This document shows, piece after piece, positions 1 to 8,679 of a stretch of 31,531 bases of DNA. This DNA is from a bacterium (GTDB taxonomy: Bacteria > Cyanobacteriota > Sericytochromatia > S15B-MN24 > VGJW01). The notes beneath the pieces were generated by a model, which saw only the letters and a program-made list of their open reading frames with translations, was not told the origin of the DNA and did not search any database. Each line of letters starts with the position of its first letter. The stretch's first letter is position 1. The stretch spans positions 1 to 31,531 of the forward strand of contig JAJYIO010000001.1 in the NCBI GenBank assembly GCA_021790035.1, given 5' to 3'. The position numbers and the translations under genes were made by a program.

Positions 1-109
1 CGTAGCTTGGATCCACTGGTGGCGAAGATTCCACATGGAAGGACGCCGTCCGCGTGAGACTTCGATCCTCGCAGGCTCGGGCTGTGACTCGAGGGAACCC
101 GCTGGTTCC
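1..109 (+). repeat. Partial, diverged copy of the dispersed modular repeat (subtype B), cut by the window start
   Basis: 1-34 matches 31398-31431 at 30/34 nt; 67-109 matches 31322-31364 at 38/43 nt. The right arm of the B hairpin is degenerate here (GTTCCGTGGA instead of GTTCCCTCGA). Confidence 0.85.
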
Positions 110-198
110 GTGGACGCATGAAGCTCGAGGCTCCTGGTAGCATGGGTTTCCCGCGGAGCCGGGACCCGCCAGGACCCATCCGGACGAAGGTGCAAGAG

Positions 199-2796
199 AT
201 GCAGGAAAGATACGAACCACAGGCCATCGAGCGGCGCTGGCAGGAGGCCTGGTCCAGCGAGCGGGTCTTCGAGGTCACGGAGGATCCCAGCCGGCAGGCC
301 GACACGTTCTACGCCCTGACGATGTTTCCGTATCCCTCGGGAGATCGCCTGCATATGGGCCACATGCGCACGTATACGATCACCGACGCCATCGCCCGGT
401 ACCAGCGCATGCGGGGTCGCCACGTGCTGCAGCCGATGGGCTGGGATGCCTTCGGACTGCCCGCCGAGAACGCGGCGATCAAGCGTGGCATCCATCCGGC
501 CAAGTGGACGTGGGAGAACATCGAGTACATCCGCGATCAGCAGATGAAGCGGATGGGATTCTCGTACGACTGGACGCGCGAGATCGCCACCTGCTCGCCC
601 GATTACTACCGATGGAACCAGTGGTTCTTCCTCAAGCTCCACGAGCACGGCCTGGCTTACCGCAAGGAGGCCGCGGTCAACTGGTGCCCGAGCTGCGCGA
701 CGGTCCTGGCCAACGAGCAGGTCATCGACACCCGAGCGGAGGGACCGGGCGCCGAGAAAGCCGCAGCGACCCAGGGTCGTTGCTGGCGGTGCGAGTCGGT
801 GGTCGAGAAGAAGAAGCTCATGCAGTGGTTCTTCCGCGTCACCGACTATGCCGATGAGCTGCTGACGGCCATCGACGAGCTGCCGCAATGGCCCGAGAAG
901 GTGCGTGCGATCCAGCGGCACTGGATCGGCAAGTCGACCGGGGCCGAGCTGGTGTTCCGGGTCAAGGAGCCCTCCGGGCGGGCCGGCGGCTCGACCGAGA
1001 TCCGGGTGTTCACGACCCGGCCGGACACGGCCTGCGGAGTCACGTATGTCGTCCTCGCGCCCGAGCATCCGCTGGTCCAGGAGCTGACCACTCTTGAGCA
1101 CCGCGAGGCGGTCGAGGCCTTCATCGGCCGGGTCGCGGCCAAGAGCGAGATCGAGCGGACCTCTGCCGAAGGCGAGAAGGAAGGCGTCCCGATCGGGGCG
1201 ATGGTCACGAACCCCTTCACCGGCGACGAGGTGCCGGTCTGGATCGCCAACTACGTCCTCTACGAGTACGGGACCGGGGCCGTGATGGGTGTTCCGGCGC
1301 ACGACGAGCGAGACTTCGACTTTGCTCGCAAGTACGGCCTGCCCATCCGGCAGGTCATCCTTCCCCCGAACGACGATCCCGGTGCGGCGTCCGTTGCGGT
1401 GGCCCAACCAGCCACGACCCCGGGCGGCCTGCGCCTCGATGTCGGTCTGCTGCAGGCCTTCACCGAGCCCGGGATCATGGCCAACTCGGGGTCGTTCGAC
1501 GGGATGCCGAGCGCCGATGCGATCGCGGCAATGACCCGCCACGCCGAGCAGGGAGGTTTCGGTCGCGCCCGCGTCACCTACCGACTTCGCGACTGGCTCA
1601 TCAGCCGGCAGCGTTACTGGGGCACCCCGATCCCGATGGTGCACTGCCCGGCCTGCGGCACGGTCCCCCTGCCGGAGAGCGCACTCCCGCTAATCCTCCC
1701 CGAGAACGTGCAGTTCACCGGGCACGGCAAGAGCCCGCTCCTGTCTGCTCCCGACTGGGTCAACACGACGTGCCCGAAGTGCGGCGGACGGGCCCAGCGC
1801 GAGACCGACACGATGGACGGGTTCATCTGCTCGTCCTGGTATTTCATGCGCTACGTCGACGCCCGCAACGACCGCGCTCCGTTCGATCCGGCCAAGGCGC
1901 GCTACTGGCTGCCCGTCGACCTTTATGTCGGCGGCGTCGAGCACGCCATCATGCACCTCTTGTACTTCCGCTTCTTCACCCGGTTCTGCCACAAGCTGGG
2001 CCTGGTCCCGGCTCCCGAGCCGGTCACCCGTCTCTTCACCCAGGGCACGGTCCGGTACAACGGCCAGCGCATGAGCAAGAGCAAGGGCAACGCGGTGTCG
2101 CCCAACGATCTGGCCGACGAGTTCGGCGCGGACACCGCGCGGGTGTTCACGCTCTTCGCCGCTCCGCCGGAGTCCGACCTCGACTGGGTCGACTCGGGGG
2201 TCGAGGGCATGTTCCGCTTCCTGAACCGCGTCTGGCGCAACGTGTACGACGTCTTGCGGCTCGAGGGCCGCGAGGCGGGCCCGCAATCGGCCGCTGCAGC
2301 CAAGGAGATGCGCCGGCAGACGCACGCCGCCATCAAGAAGGTCACCGAGGATCTCGACCGCGAGTTCAGCTTCAACACGGCGATATCGGCCATCATGGTG
2401 CTGTCGAACGCGCTGGGCGATCACCTGCGCCTGGCCGCCGGCGAGCATGATCCCGCCGCAGCTCGGGAGGCTGCCGAGGCCCTGGTGCTGCTGCTGGCCC
2501 CCTTTGCGCCGCACCTCGGCGAGGAACTCTGGCGAGAGCTGGGCCACCCCGGCTTCGTCGCGTTCGCCCGCTGGCCGGTTCACGATCCCGCCGCGCTCGT
2601 GACCGACGAGATCGAACTGGCCGTCCAGGTCAACGGCAAGCTCCGGAGCCACGTCGTGGTCCCGACGGCGGCGGATGCCGACCGCATCCGCGAGATCGTG
2701 CTCGCGGACTCCCAGACGATGGCCCAGATCGACGGCAAGCAGGTGGTCAAGGTCGTGGTCGTGCCAGGCCGCCTCGTCAACGTGGTGGTCCGGTAG
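199..2796 (+). CDS. leuS: Leucine--tRNA ligase (865 aa from ATG199; ORF track extends to 118)
   Basis: MQERYEPQAIERRWQ N-terminus, FPYPSGDRLHMGH (HIGH motif), GWDAFGLPAENAA, CP1 editing domain (FTTRPDT, GTGAVMGVPAHDERD), RDWLISRQRYWGTPIP, YVGGVEHA, RMSKSKGN (KMSKS motif), C-terminal VQVNGKLR. The upstream in-frame extension overlaps the repeat and is not LeuS-like. Confidence 0.98.
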   Translation: MQERYEPQAIERRWQEAWSSERVFEVTEDPSRQADTFYALTMFPYPSGDRLHMGHMRTYTITDAIARYQRMRGRHVLQPMGWDAFGLPAENAAIKRGIHPAKWTWENIEYIRDQQMKRMGFSYDWTREIATCSPDYYRWNQWFFLKLHEHGLAYRKEAAVNWCPSCATVLANEQVIDTRAEGPGAEKAAATQGRCWRCESVVEKKKLMQWFFRVTDYADELLTAIDELPQWPEKVRAIQRHWIGKSTGAELVFRVKEPSGRAGGSTEIRVFTTRPDTACGVTYVVLAPEHPLVQELTTLEHREAVEAFIGRVAAKSEIERTSAEGEKEGVPIGAMVTNPFTGDEVPVWIANYVLYEYGTGAVMGVPAHDERDFDFARKYGLPIRQVILPPNDDPGAASVAVAQPATTPGGLRLDVGLLQAFTEPGIMANSGSFDGMPSADAIAAMTRHAEQGGFGRARVTYRLRDWLISRQRYWGTPIPMVHCPACGTVPLPESALPLILPENVQFTGHGKSPLLSAPDWVNTTCPKCGGRAQRETDTMDGFICSSWYFMRYVDARNDRAPFDPAKARYWLPVDLYVGGVEHAIMHLLYFRFFTRFCHKLGLVPAPEPVTRLFTQGTVRYNGQRMSKSKGNAVSPNDLADEFGADTARVFTLFAAPPESDLDWVDSGVEGMFRFLNRVWRNVYDVLRLEGREAGPQSAAAAKEMRRQTHAAIKKVTEDLDREFSFNTAISAIMVLSNALGDHLRLAAGEHDPAAAREAAEALVLLLAPFAPHLGEELWRELGHPGFVAFARWPVHDPAALVTDEIELAVQVNGKLRSHVVVPTAADADRIREIVLADSQTMAQIDGKQVVKVVVVPGRLVNVVVR

Positions 2797-2857
2797 AACG
2801 ATTCAGGTGCCCGTCAAACGGGATCCGATTTGGACCCGATGGGACCCGTCGCCTGCT

Positions 2858-5284
2858 TCAAGGCGCCGGCGGGCTCTCCTGCTCCTCGCCGAGTTCGTCC
2901 AGGCGCGATCTGGCCTGCCGGGCCAGGTCGGCGAAGCGATCGCGCAGGGCGACCGCCCACGGCAGGTCCACGTCTGGCAGGAACTCCCCGACGTAAAGGG
3001 CCAGGGCCGTCTCGAGGCGAACCGCCTCCTCCTCTGGCGTCTCGCCGGGGACCGGACGGAGGGTGGCCTCGAATCTCCAGGTGTCGATTTCGAGCTGGGC
3101 CTGTAGATTGAACGAGTAGCGATCGCCGTGGCGGACCAGGAAGCGCGAGACCCGGTAAACCGTACGCGTGGGCTCGACGACGCGGCGGAGCTTGAGGATC
3201 GCGGGCCGCACGTCGACATCGCCCGCAGGCCTCGGCCCCGAAAGGGCGGATCGGATCTCCTCGAGCGTGGCCTCTTCGTGGTGATGGAGCAGGTAGGCCA
3301 GCAAGATCCGGGAATGCCGTCCGCGCCAGTCCGCCTCGGGGATGAGGACGGTGCCGCCGATCCACGCCCGGATGCCGCCGAAGAACTGAACGCAGAGGTC
3401 GATCGGCGGGGGCTCGAGCGGGCCGAGTGCGCGCTCGGCGATCTCGGCGATGACCGATTGCGGGACGCCGCTGGAATCCAGGTCAAGCGCCACGGCAGCC
3501 GGAGTACCATGCGGAGCCCGGTCTTGCGACTCGAGACCGCGGCCGCCGTCCGCCCAGAGCCGGCGAGCGTCGGCGAAACTCCGCCCGGCCCGGTCCAGTT
3601 CTCCCGAGTGCGCCTGGATCCGCCCGAGGATCTCGAGGGCCGCGGCTTCCGCGCGGTCGAGGCCCAGGAGACGTGCCAGGGACAGGGCCTCGTCCGCCGC
3701 CTGCCGGGCCTGCCACAGGTTGCCGGTCTCGAAAAGGGCCCGCGCCAGCAGGCTCGGTACCTCCGGTTGCTTCAGCTCGCCAGCCGCCTGCAGCGCGGCG
3801 GTCAAGGAGTTCGCCGCCGCCTCGAAATCCCCGAGATCGAACTGGAGGGTTCCGAGGGCCACCGCGGCTCGCGCCAGCTCCCGACCTCCGGGAGACTCGG
3901 CAGCCAGGCGGCGCGCTTGCTCGAGATGCCTGGCTGCATCCTCGAGCCGGCCCGCGGGAGGATCGCGTCGTGCCAGCTCCGCTACCAGCGTTCCGCGCGC
4001 GAGCTCCAGCTCGGCCCGCAGGCGTCCTGAGACCTCGAGCTGCCCCCGGCACAGCGACAGACGCTCCTCGGCCGCGGCCAGATCCCCCTGATGCAGCGCG
4101 ATCTCGGCCAGACGGAGATCGCAGGTGGCCACGCCGGTGGGGTCGCCGGCCCTTGCGAAGCCGGCTTGGGCCTGTTCGAGGGCAGCTTTCCCCCGGTCCA
4201 GCTGGCGCCAGCGCAGGAGGGTCTCGCCCTCGACCAGGGACAGTTCCGGTCGCTGGTGATCGCCTACCAGAGACAGCCCTGCCCAGAGCAGCTCGAGCCG
4301 CCCCTCGGCCAGCCAGTCCTCTGCGGCGTACACGAGGCGATCGATCGCCCAGTTCACCTGGTGGCAGAAGCACCAGCAACGCAAGGCTCCCAGCGCCCGC
4401 CCCGAGCGCCAGAGGTAATCGCCGAGGCGCCGTAGCGCCATCTTGACGTCGAGGTCGTCAGCCTGCGCCGCGAGCTCGGCTCCGAGCGCCGCCCGCAGAT
4501 CGGGGCTCACGCAGAGGGTGGCGTCGTCGACGCGCAGGACGAAGCCCTGCTGCAGGAACTGATCCCGACGATCCGGCGTGAGGGGACTGTCGAGCGCCTC
4601 CTGGCAGAAACGTTCGTCGAAGTAGGGAACCGTCGACGCGAGCGTCAGGAACTCCCGGGTGCGCCCCGCCGGGGGACCCGATGGAAGCGCCGGGGGATCC
4701 CCGAGGAATCCCCTGGCCTCGAGACCGGCGATCGCGACGGAACCTCCGGCGGACGCGAGGACCAGGGGGTGGTCCTGTGCCACGACGACGACGAGGCGGA
4801 CCCCATCGGGAAGGTTCGCCAGGAGCCATCGCGCCAGATCGTCGAGGTGGGGGGTCGAGGCGAGATCGTATCGATCGAGGACCACCACCAGGGGCTCTGT
4901 GACCTGCAAACCAAGATCGGACACCAGCGTCGACAGGGCCGCCCGAGCCGCGACGGGAGTGAAGGCCCGGCCATCGAGGGCATGCGCCTCGGTCTCGAAC
5001 CCCTCGAGCTTCTGCTCGAAAACCCTCACCAGGTGCTCGGTGAAAGATCCCAGATCGGCATCCTCGGCATCGAGGGTCAGCCAGGCGGCATTCCTCTGGC
5101 GAGCCCAGCGGGCCACGACCTCGCGGATTTCCGTGGCCTCGAGGCCGGCGGCGGAAGGCGGGAGCGTCACGAGGACGTGGCGCCCGCCAGGCGAATCGAG
5201 AACCTGCGTCAGCGATTCGCTGCTGCGACCGGGCGCCCATCTGGGCGGAATGCGAAATTTTCTTGGATCGAGGGAACGAGCCAT
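2858..5284 (-). CDS. MalT/SARP-like transcriptional regulator: degenerate STAND-type N-terminus, TPR-like helices, C-terminal wHTH plus short BTAD-like region (808 aa from ATG5284)
   Basis: AWLTLDAEDADLGSF..HL and VVVLDRYD..LDDLARWLLANLPDGVRLVV resemble MalT-family NTPase segments. Ala/Leu-rich TPR-like repeats lie in the middle. The C-terminus VQFFGGIRAWIGG..WRGRHSRILLAYLL..AILKLRRVVEP..YSFN..EIDTWRFE..ALALYVGEFLPD..W is typical of SARP/BTAD activators. Start choice is inferred. Confidence 0.75.
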   Translation of the reverse strand: MARSLDPRKFRIPPRWAPGRSSESLTQVLDSPGGRHVLVTLPPSAAGLEATEIREVVARWARQRNAAWLTLDAEDADLGSFTEHLVRVFEQKLEGFETEAHALDGRAFTPVAARAALSTLVSDLGLQVTEPLVVVLDRYDLASTPHLDDLARWLLANLPDGVRLVVVVAQDHPLVLASAGGSVAIAGLEARGFLGDPPALPSGPPAGRTREFLTLASTVPYFDERFCQEALDSPLTPDRRDQFLQQGFVLRVDDATLCVSPDLRAALGAELAAQADDLDVKMALRRLGDYLWRSGRALGALRCWCFCHQVNWAIDRLVYAAEDWLAEGRLELLWAGLSLVGDHQRPELSLVEGETLLRWRQLDRGKAALEQAQAGFARAGDPTGVATCDLRLAEIALHQGDLAAAEERLSLCRGQLEVSGRLRAELELARGTLVAELARRDPPAGRLEDAARHLEQARRLAAESPGGRELARAAVALGTLQFDLGDFEAAANSLTAALQAAGELKQPEVPSLLARALFETGNLWQARQAADEALSLARLLGLDRAEAAALEILGRIQAHSGELDRAGRSFADARRLWADGGRGLESQDRAPHGTPAAVALDLDSSGVPQSVIAEIAERALGPLEPPPIDLCVQFFGGIRAWIGGTVLIPEADWRGRHSRILLAYLLHHHEEATLEEIRSALSGPRPAGDVDVRPAILKLRRVVEPTRTVYRVSRFLVRHGDRYSFNLQAQLEIDTWRFEATLRPVPGETPEEEAVRLETALALYVGEFLPDVDLPWAVALRDRFADLARQARSRLDELGEEQESPPAP

Positions 5285-5462
5285 GACCGCCGACCCCGAG
5301 CGCGCCGGGTGATTCGGCGCGCTCCCACGTGCGAGGCACCCGGGAGACCAGACCGCCGTCCCGCGGAAAAAAGCGGAACGGTCGAATTGCGATTGTAGCA
5401 CGGCTCCAGCCGCTAGCCGCCTCGCTCCGAGCGGGCTCCTGGCAAGCCGGCCTCACAAGAGA

Positions 5463-5591
5463 CTCCCCTTCCGGGCAGCGACTTGCAGGGGGCCTTGCCC
5501 CCCGCAAACTACCCCCCGCTGCGGGCAAGCTGCTGCGTAGCCGCGCTCAGCGGGTGGCGTTTCATTCAACGCTGTCGGCGCAGCCGGTGGG
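5463..5591 (+). repeat. Dispersed modular REP-like repeat, subtype A (single copy)
   Basis: 129 nt, 119/129 identical to the reverse complement of 7069-7197. Core hairpin TGCAGGGGGC-CTT-GCCCCCCGCA at 5484-5506; shared module GGGCAAGCTGCTGCGTAGC at 5523-5541. Confidence 0.95.
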
Positions 5592-5798
5592 TGGCTCATG
5601 TGATGCATTTACGGGCAAGCGGAGCTTGTGCTGATGGCTGAATTGGCTAGCATTGGCAAGCCCGATACGTGCCAGAACGCCGTGCCTGCTGGTGTCTCGT
5701 CGTCGGGTCCGGCTCTATTTCCCATCACGACGTAGAGGATGCCCATCTTGACCTGTCGTTTTGCGCGCACCTGGCCACGGAGGCCGGGGGCGATCGCC

Positions 5799-6467
5799 GT
5801 GGGTCGGCTGGCATCTGTGCTGACCATCCTGCTGGCGCCCCGGCCGGCTCTTGCGATTCCGGACAATTTCGGCAGCCCCTTCAACCCGCCGCCCAGGATG
5901 TTCTTCGCGACCGACGGCTTCCAGGTCCAGTCCGATCGCAGCTGGTCCCTCTCGCTGGGCGGCTCCTACGGCCTATCGCGCTTCCTGGCACCGGACTTCT
6001 CGCTCGAGCGGACCAGCTCGGGAGCCAATATCCTCAGCATCGGCGGGGGAACGGCCGGCATGGTGGGGAACTTCTTCGTCCGGATCGGCCTCACGGCCAG
6101 CCAGACGCTCGGTTTGCCCCTGGCTCCGACCTGCAACCTCGCCATCGATTGGGGACGACCTCTGGGGTGGGGACTGACGACCTACGGAGAGCTCGCAGGC
6201 GGGCTCACGGCCGCGGAACCCTCCGCGCTGATGACTCCGGGCCTCGACTACAACCAGGCGCTCGAGCTCGCGATCAACCGGTTCTGGAGCGCCGATCTCG
6301 AGTACCTGGGCGGTCTATCGCCCGCAGGCCGCAGCGAGGTCATGTGCGCCGACCTGACCGCATCCCTGGGTCGGACCTTCGTCACGGGGACCGTCATGTT
6401 CCCCAGGGCGCCGCAGGCCGCCCCGCCGGTCTACCTGGTGAGCACGGATTTCCTGCTCTATCCGTGA
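5799..6467 (+). CDS. Exported hypothetical protein, candidate outer-membrane beta-barrel (222 aa from GTG5799)
   Basis: Signal-peptide-like N-terminus ending in PALA. Many alternating polar/hydrophobic segments (WSLSLGGSYG, FFVRIGLTAS, WSADLEYL, FVTGTVMF, YLVSTDFLLY) and aromatic residues near the C-terminus. No family recognised. Confidence 0.55.
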   Translation: MGRLASVLTILLAPRPALAIPDNFGSPFNPPPRMFFATDGFQVQSDRSWSLSLGGSYGLSRFLAPDFSLERTSSGANILSIGGGTAGMVGNFFVRIGLTASQTLGLPLAPTCNLAIDWGRPLGWGLTTYGELAGGLTAAEPSALMTPGLDYNQALELAINRFWSADLEYLGGLSPAGRSEVMCADLTASLGRTFVTGTVMFPRAPQAAPPVYLVSTDFLLYP

Positions 6468-6510
6468 GGACCCGAGCGGGCTGACTGGCGGGCCGTTACC
6501 CCGCGAAGAC

Positions 6511-6996
6511 TCAGGCCGTAACCGCCTGATACGGCACCAGCCGGCCCTGACTCCAGAGCCGTTCGAGGTTGTAGAACTCGCGCTCGTGCTCGTGCATGAC
6601 ATGCACGATGACCGCGCCGAAGTCCATCAAGACCCAGCGCCCTTCTTGCATGCCCTCGACGCGCCGCAACGGATATCCGGCCTCGGCCAGTTTGTCCTCG
6701 ATGTGATGCGCGATCGCTCGTACCTGGACCGGGGTCTGGCCGTTGCACAGCACGAAGTAATCCGTCATCAACGAAACCGACTGCAGGTCGATCAAGGCAA
6801 TCGCCTGCCCCTTCTTCTCGTCGGCTGCCTGTGCCGCCAGGGTCGACATCTCGTGGCTATTCAAGCCCTTACTTTCCTCCCTTGGAATGAAGCCCCTGCG
6901 GGCCGTCTCGCGAAGCTCGTCGGCTAGAGCGAGCCAGCGGCCGGATCCGGGGTCGAACAGGATACGGGTTGATCCCTGCGGACGCTCCCGATCCAT
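6511..6996 (-). CDS. rsfS: Ribosome silencing factor RsfS (Iojap), with N-terminal extension
   Basis: KKGQAIALIDL..SLMTDYFVLCNG..QVRAIA..IEDKL..EG..WVLMDFGAVIVHVM..REFYNLERLW; canonical position downstream of nadD-yqeK. Confidence 0.96.
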   Translation of the reverse strand: MDRERPQGSTRILFDPGSGRWLALADELRETARRGFIPREESKGLNSHEMSTLAAQAADEKKGQAIALIDLQSVSLMTDYFVLCNGQTPVQVRAIAHHIEDKLAEAGYPLRRVEGMQEGRWVLMDFGAVIVHVMHEHEREFYNLERLWSQGRLVPYQAVTA

Positions 6997-7068
6997 ATCT
7001 AGTTTGCCACCGCGCGCTCTGAAGTAAAGCCTATCGGGCCTTCGTCGTCAGGATCTCTGGGTGAGTCC

Positions 7069-7393
7069 CCCACCGGCTGCGCCGACAGCGTCGAATAAAA
7101 CGCCACCTGCCGAGCGGGGCCACGCAGCAGCTTGCCCGCAGCAGGGGGTAGTTTGCGGGGGGCAAGGCCCCCTGCAAGTCACCGCCCCGAAGGGGAGGTT
7201 CCCACCCCCCGAGCGGGGCCACGCAGCAGATCCCGCAGCAGGGGGTAGTTTGCGGGGGGCAAGGCCCCCTGCAAGTCACCGCCCCGAAGGGGAGGTTCCC
7301 ACCCCCCGAGCGGGGCTACGCAGCAGCTTGCCCGCAGCGGGGGGTAGTTTGCGGGGGGCAAGGCCCCCTGCAAGTCACCGCCCCGAAGGGGAG
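7069..7393 (-). repeat. Tandem array of three subtype A repeat units (periods 99 and 97 nt) plus distal module
   Basis: CGAGCGGGGC starts at 7111, 7210 and 7307; each unit contains GGGGGTAGTTTGCGGGGGGCAAGGCCCCCTGCAAGTCACCGCCCCGAAGGGGAG. Unit 2 has a 2-nt deletion. The array overlaps the last codons and stop of the nadD-yqeK ORF. Confidence 0.97.
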
Positions 7394-8679
7394 TTTCTGA
7401 TGAGACCGGCGCGGATCGAGTCACCGAGGATGGCGTTTCGGGCTTCGACCGCCTGCGGATGGATGGCGCGGCCTCGCTCGAGCAAGTAGGCGATCGTCCG
7501 GTCCATCGCCAGGCGCAAGGCGGCGTCGAGGTCGACCCTCGCCGCCACCCGCACATCCTCGGCCTGCAGTCCCCGGCCGGGCTCGCAGTAATCGGCCACG
7601 TAGAGGATCCGCTCCAGCAGGCTCATATGGGGCCGGCCCAGGGTATGCGAGGCGATCGCCGCCTGGACGTCGAGGTCCTGGATGCCGAACCACTCCTCGG
7701 CCAGGTGCGCGGCCAGCAGCCCGTGCAACCGGACCAGCGGATGCTCGCGGTCGAAATCCGAAACGGCCAGACCCCGCTCCAGGCAAGCCGCCAGGAGCCG
7801 CTCGGGCGGCCACTGTCGCACGAGGTCGTGCAGCAGTCCCGCGATTCGCGCCTTTTCCGGGTCGGCGCCGAATCGTTCGGCGAGCTCCGCGGCAGTTCCG
7901 GCGACACCCACGACGTGCTCGAGACGCCCCCGGGGCAGCTCGCGGGCAAGACGGTCCATGATCCGCTCTTCGAGGGCCGCCGCACCGGGCCATCCCGCAC
8001 CGGGGACGCCGGCGTGCTCTGCGGGGCCGGCACCCGATGGCGCCGGGGAGCGGACGGGGCGATCGCCCCGATACAGGCCATAGCGCGAGATGTACTGGCT
8101 CACGCCCGGAACGACCGCGTTTGCCGGGAGCAGTCCTGTCTTGCGGACCTGATGCCGGATCTCCGTGCTGGAAAGGGCCACGAGGGGCATCGGCAGCACG
8201 TCCACCGCCGATCGGATGCGTTCGGGCAACCGCTCCACGGCGGCAAGCAAGGCGCCTTCCTTGAGATCATGGCGGGGAACGACGGCCAGTCGTACCAGCT
8301 CGACGAGATCCTCGACGCGGTGCCAGCGGCTGATCTCCGCGAGGTGATCGGCTCCCACGATCCACCAGAGGGCGGCGTCCGGCGCGGCGACTTCGGCCTT
8401 GAGTCGAATGGCCGTCTCGATCGAGAAGGAAGGTGGGGGTCGATCGAGCTCGACCCGAGATGCCAGGAACCGGGGCTCGTCAAGGGTCGCCAGCACCACC
8501 ATCGCCCAGCGGTCGAGGGCCGACACCGGCGGCCGGGACCGCTTGAACGGGGAGGCCGCGGCCGGCATCCATACCACGCGGTCGGCGCCCGCATCGAGCG
8601 CGGCCCGTGCGATGGCCGCATGACCCAGGTGGGGGGGATCGAAGCTGCCCCCCAGAATCGCGATCCGGCTTTCCTTCAT
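7375..8679 (-). CDS. nadD-yqeK: Fusion of nicotinate-nucleotide adenylyltransferase NadD and HD-domain Ap4A hydrolase YqeK (434 aa)
   Basis: N-half: IAILGGSFDPPHLGH, PFK, WIVGADHL..WHR, LSSTEIR, YISRYGLY. Pro/Ala/Gly linker. C-half: RLEHVVGV, AGLLHDL, HGLLAA, IASHT, LYVADYCEPGR. One uninterrupted ORF. Confidence 0.93.
   Translation of the reverse strand: MKESRIAILGGSFDPPHLGHAAIARAALDAGADRVVWMPAAASPFKRSRPPVSALDRWAMVVLATLDEPRFLASRVELDRPPPSFSIETAIRLKAEVAAPDAALWWIVGADHLAEISRWHRVEDLVELVRLAVVPRHDLKEGALLAAVERLPERIRSAVDVLPMPLVALSSTEIRHQVRKTGLLPANAVVPGVSQYISRYGLYRGDRPVRSPAPSGAGPAEHAGVPGAGWPGAAALEERIMDRLARELPRGRLEHVVGVAGTAAELAERFGADPEKARIAGLLHDLVRQWPPERLLAACLERGLAVSDFDREHPLVRLHGLLAAHLAEEWFGIQDLDVQAAIASHTLGRPHMSLLERILYVADYCEPGRGLQAEDVRVAARVDLDAALRLAMDRTIAYLLERGRAIHPQAVEARNAILGDSIRAGLIRNSPSGR

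Noticed and set aside
1-60. tRNA fragment (GGTGGCGAAG...TTCCAC)
   Set aside because: No cloverleaf or T-loop GTTCGA; the sequence is part of the repeat module also found at 31414-31431.
118-198. T-box or attenuator upstream of leuS (also checked serS and proS)
   Set aside because: No AGGGTGGNACCGCG-like T-box sequence or specifier stem was seen, and leaders are too short.
700-790. Insertions in LeuS (TRAEGPGAEKAAAT near the Zn knuckle; PNDDPGAASVAVAQPATTPGG in CP1) as possible intein or mobile insert
   Set aside because: Short low-complexity loops in variable regions, with no intein terminal motifs.
161-2850. GGACCC-containing roughly 10-nt repeats on both sides of leuS (161-183 and 2820-2850)
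   Set aside because: Short, degenerate and expected by chance at this GC content.
7069-7393. CRISPR array
   Set aside because: Units are about 98 nt, nearly identical end to end, with no unique spacers and no cas genes.
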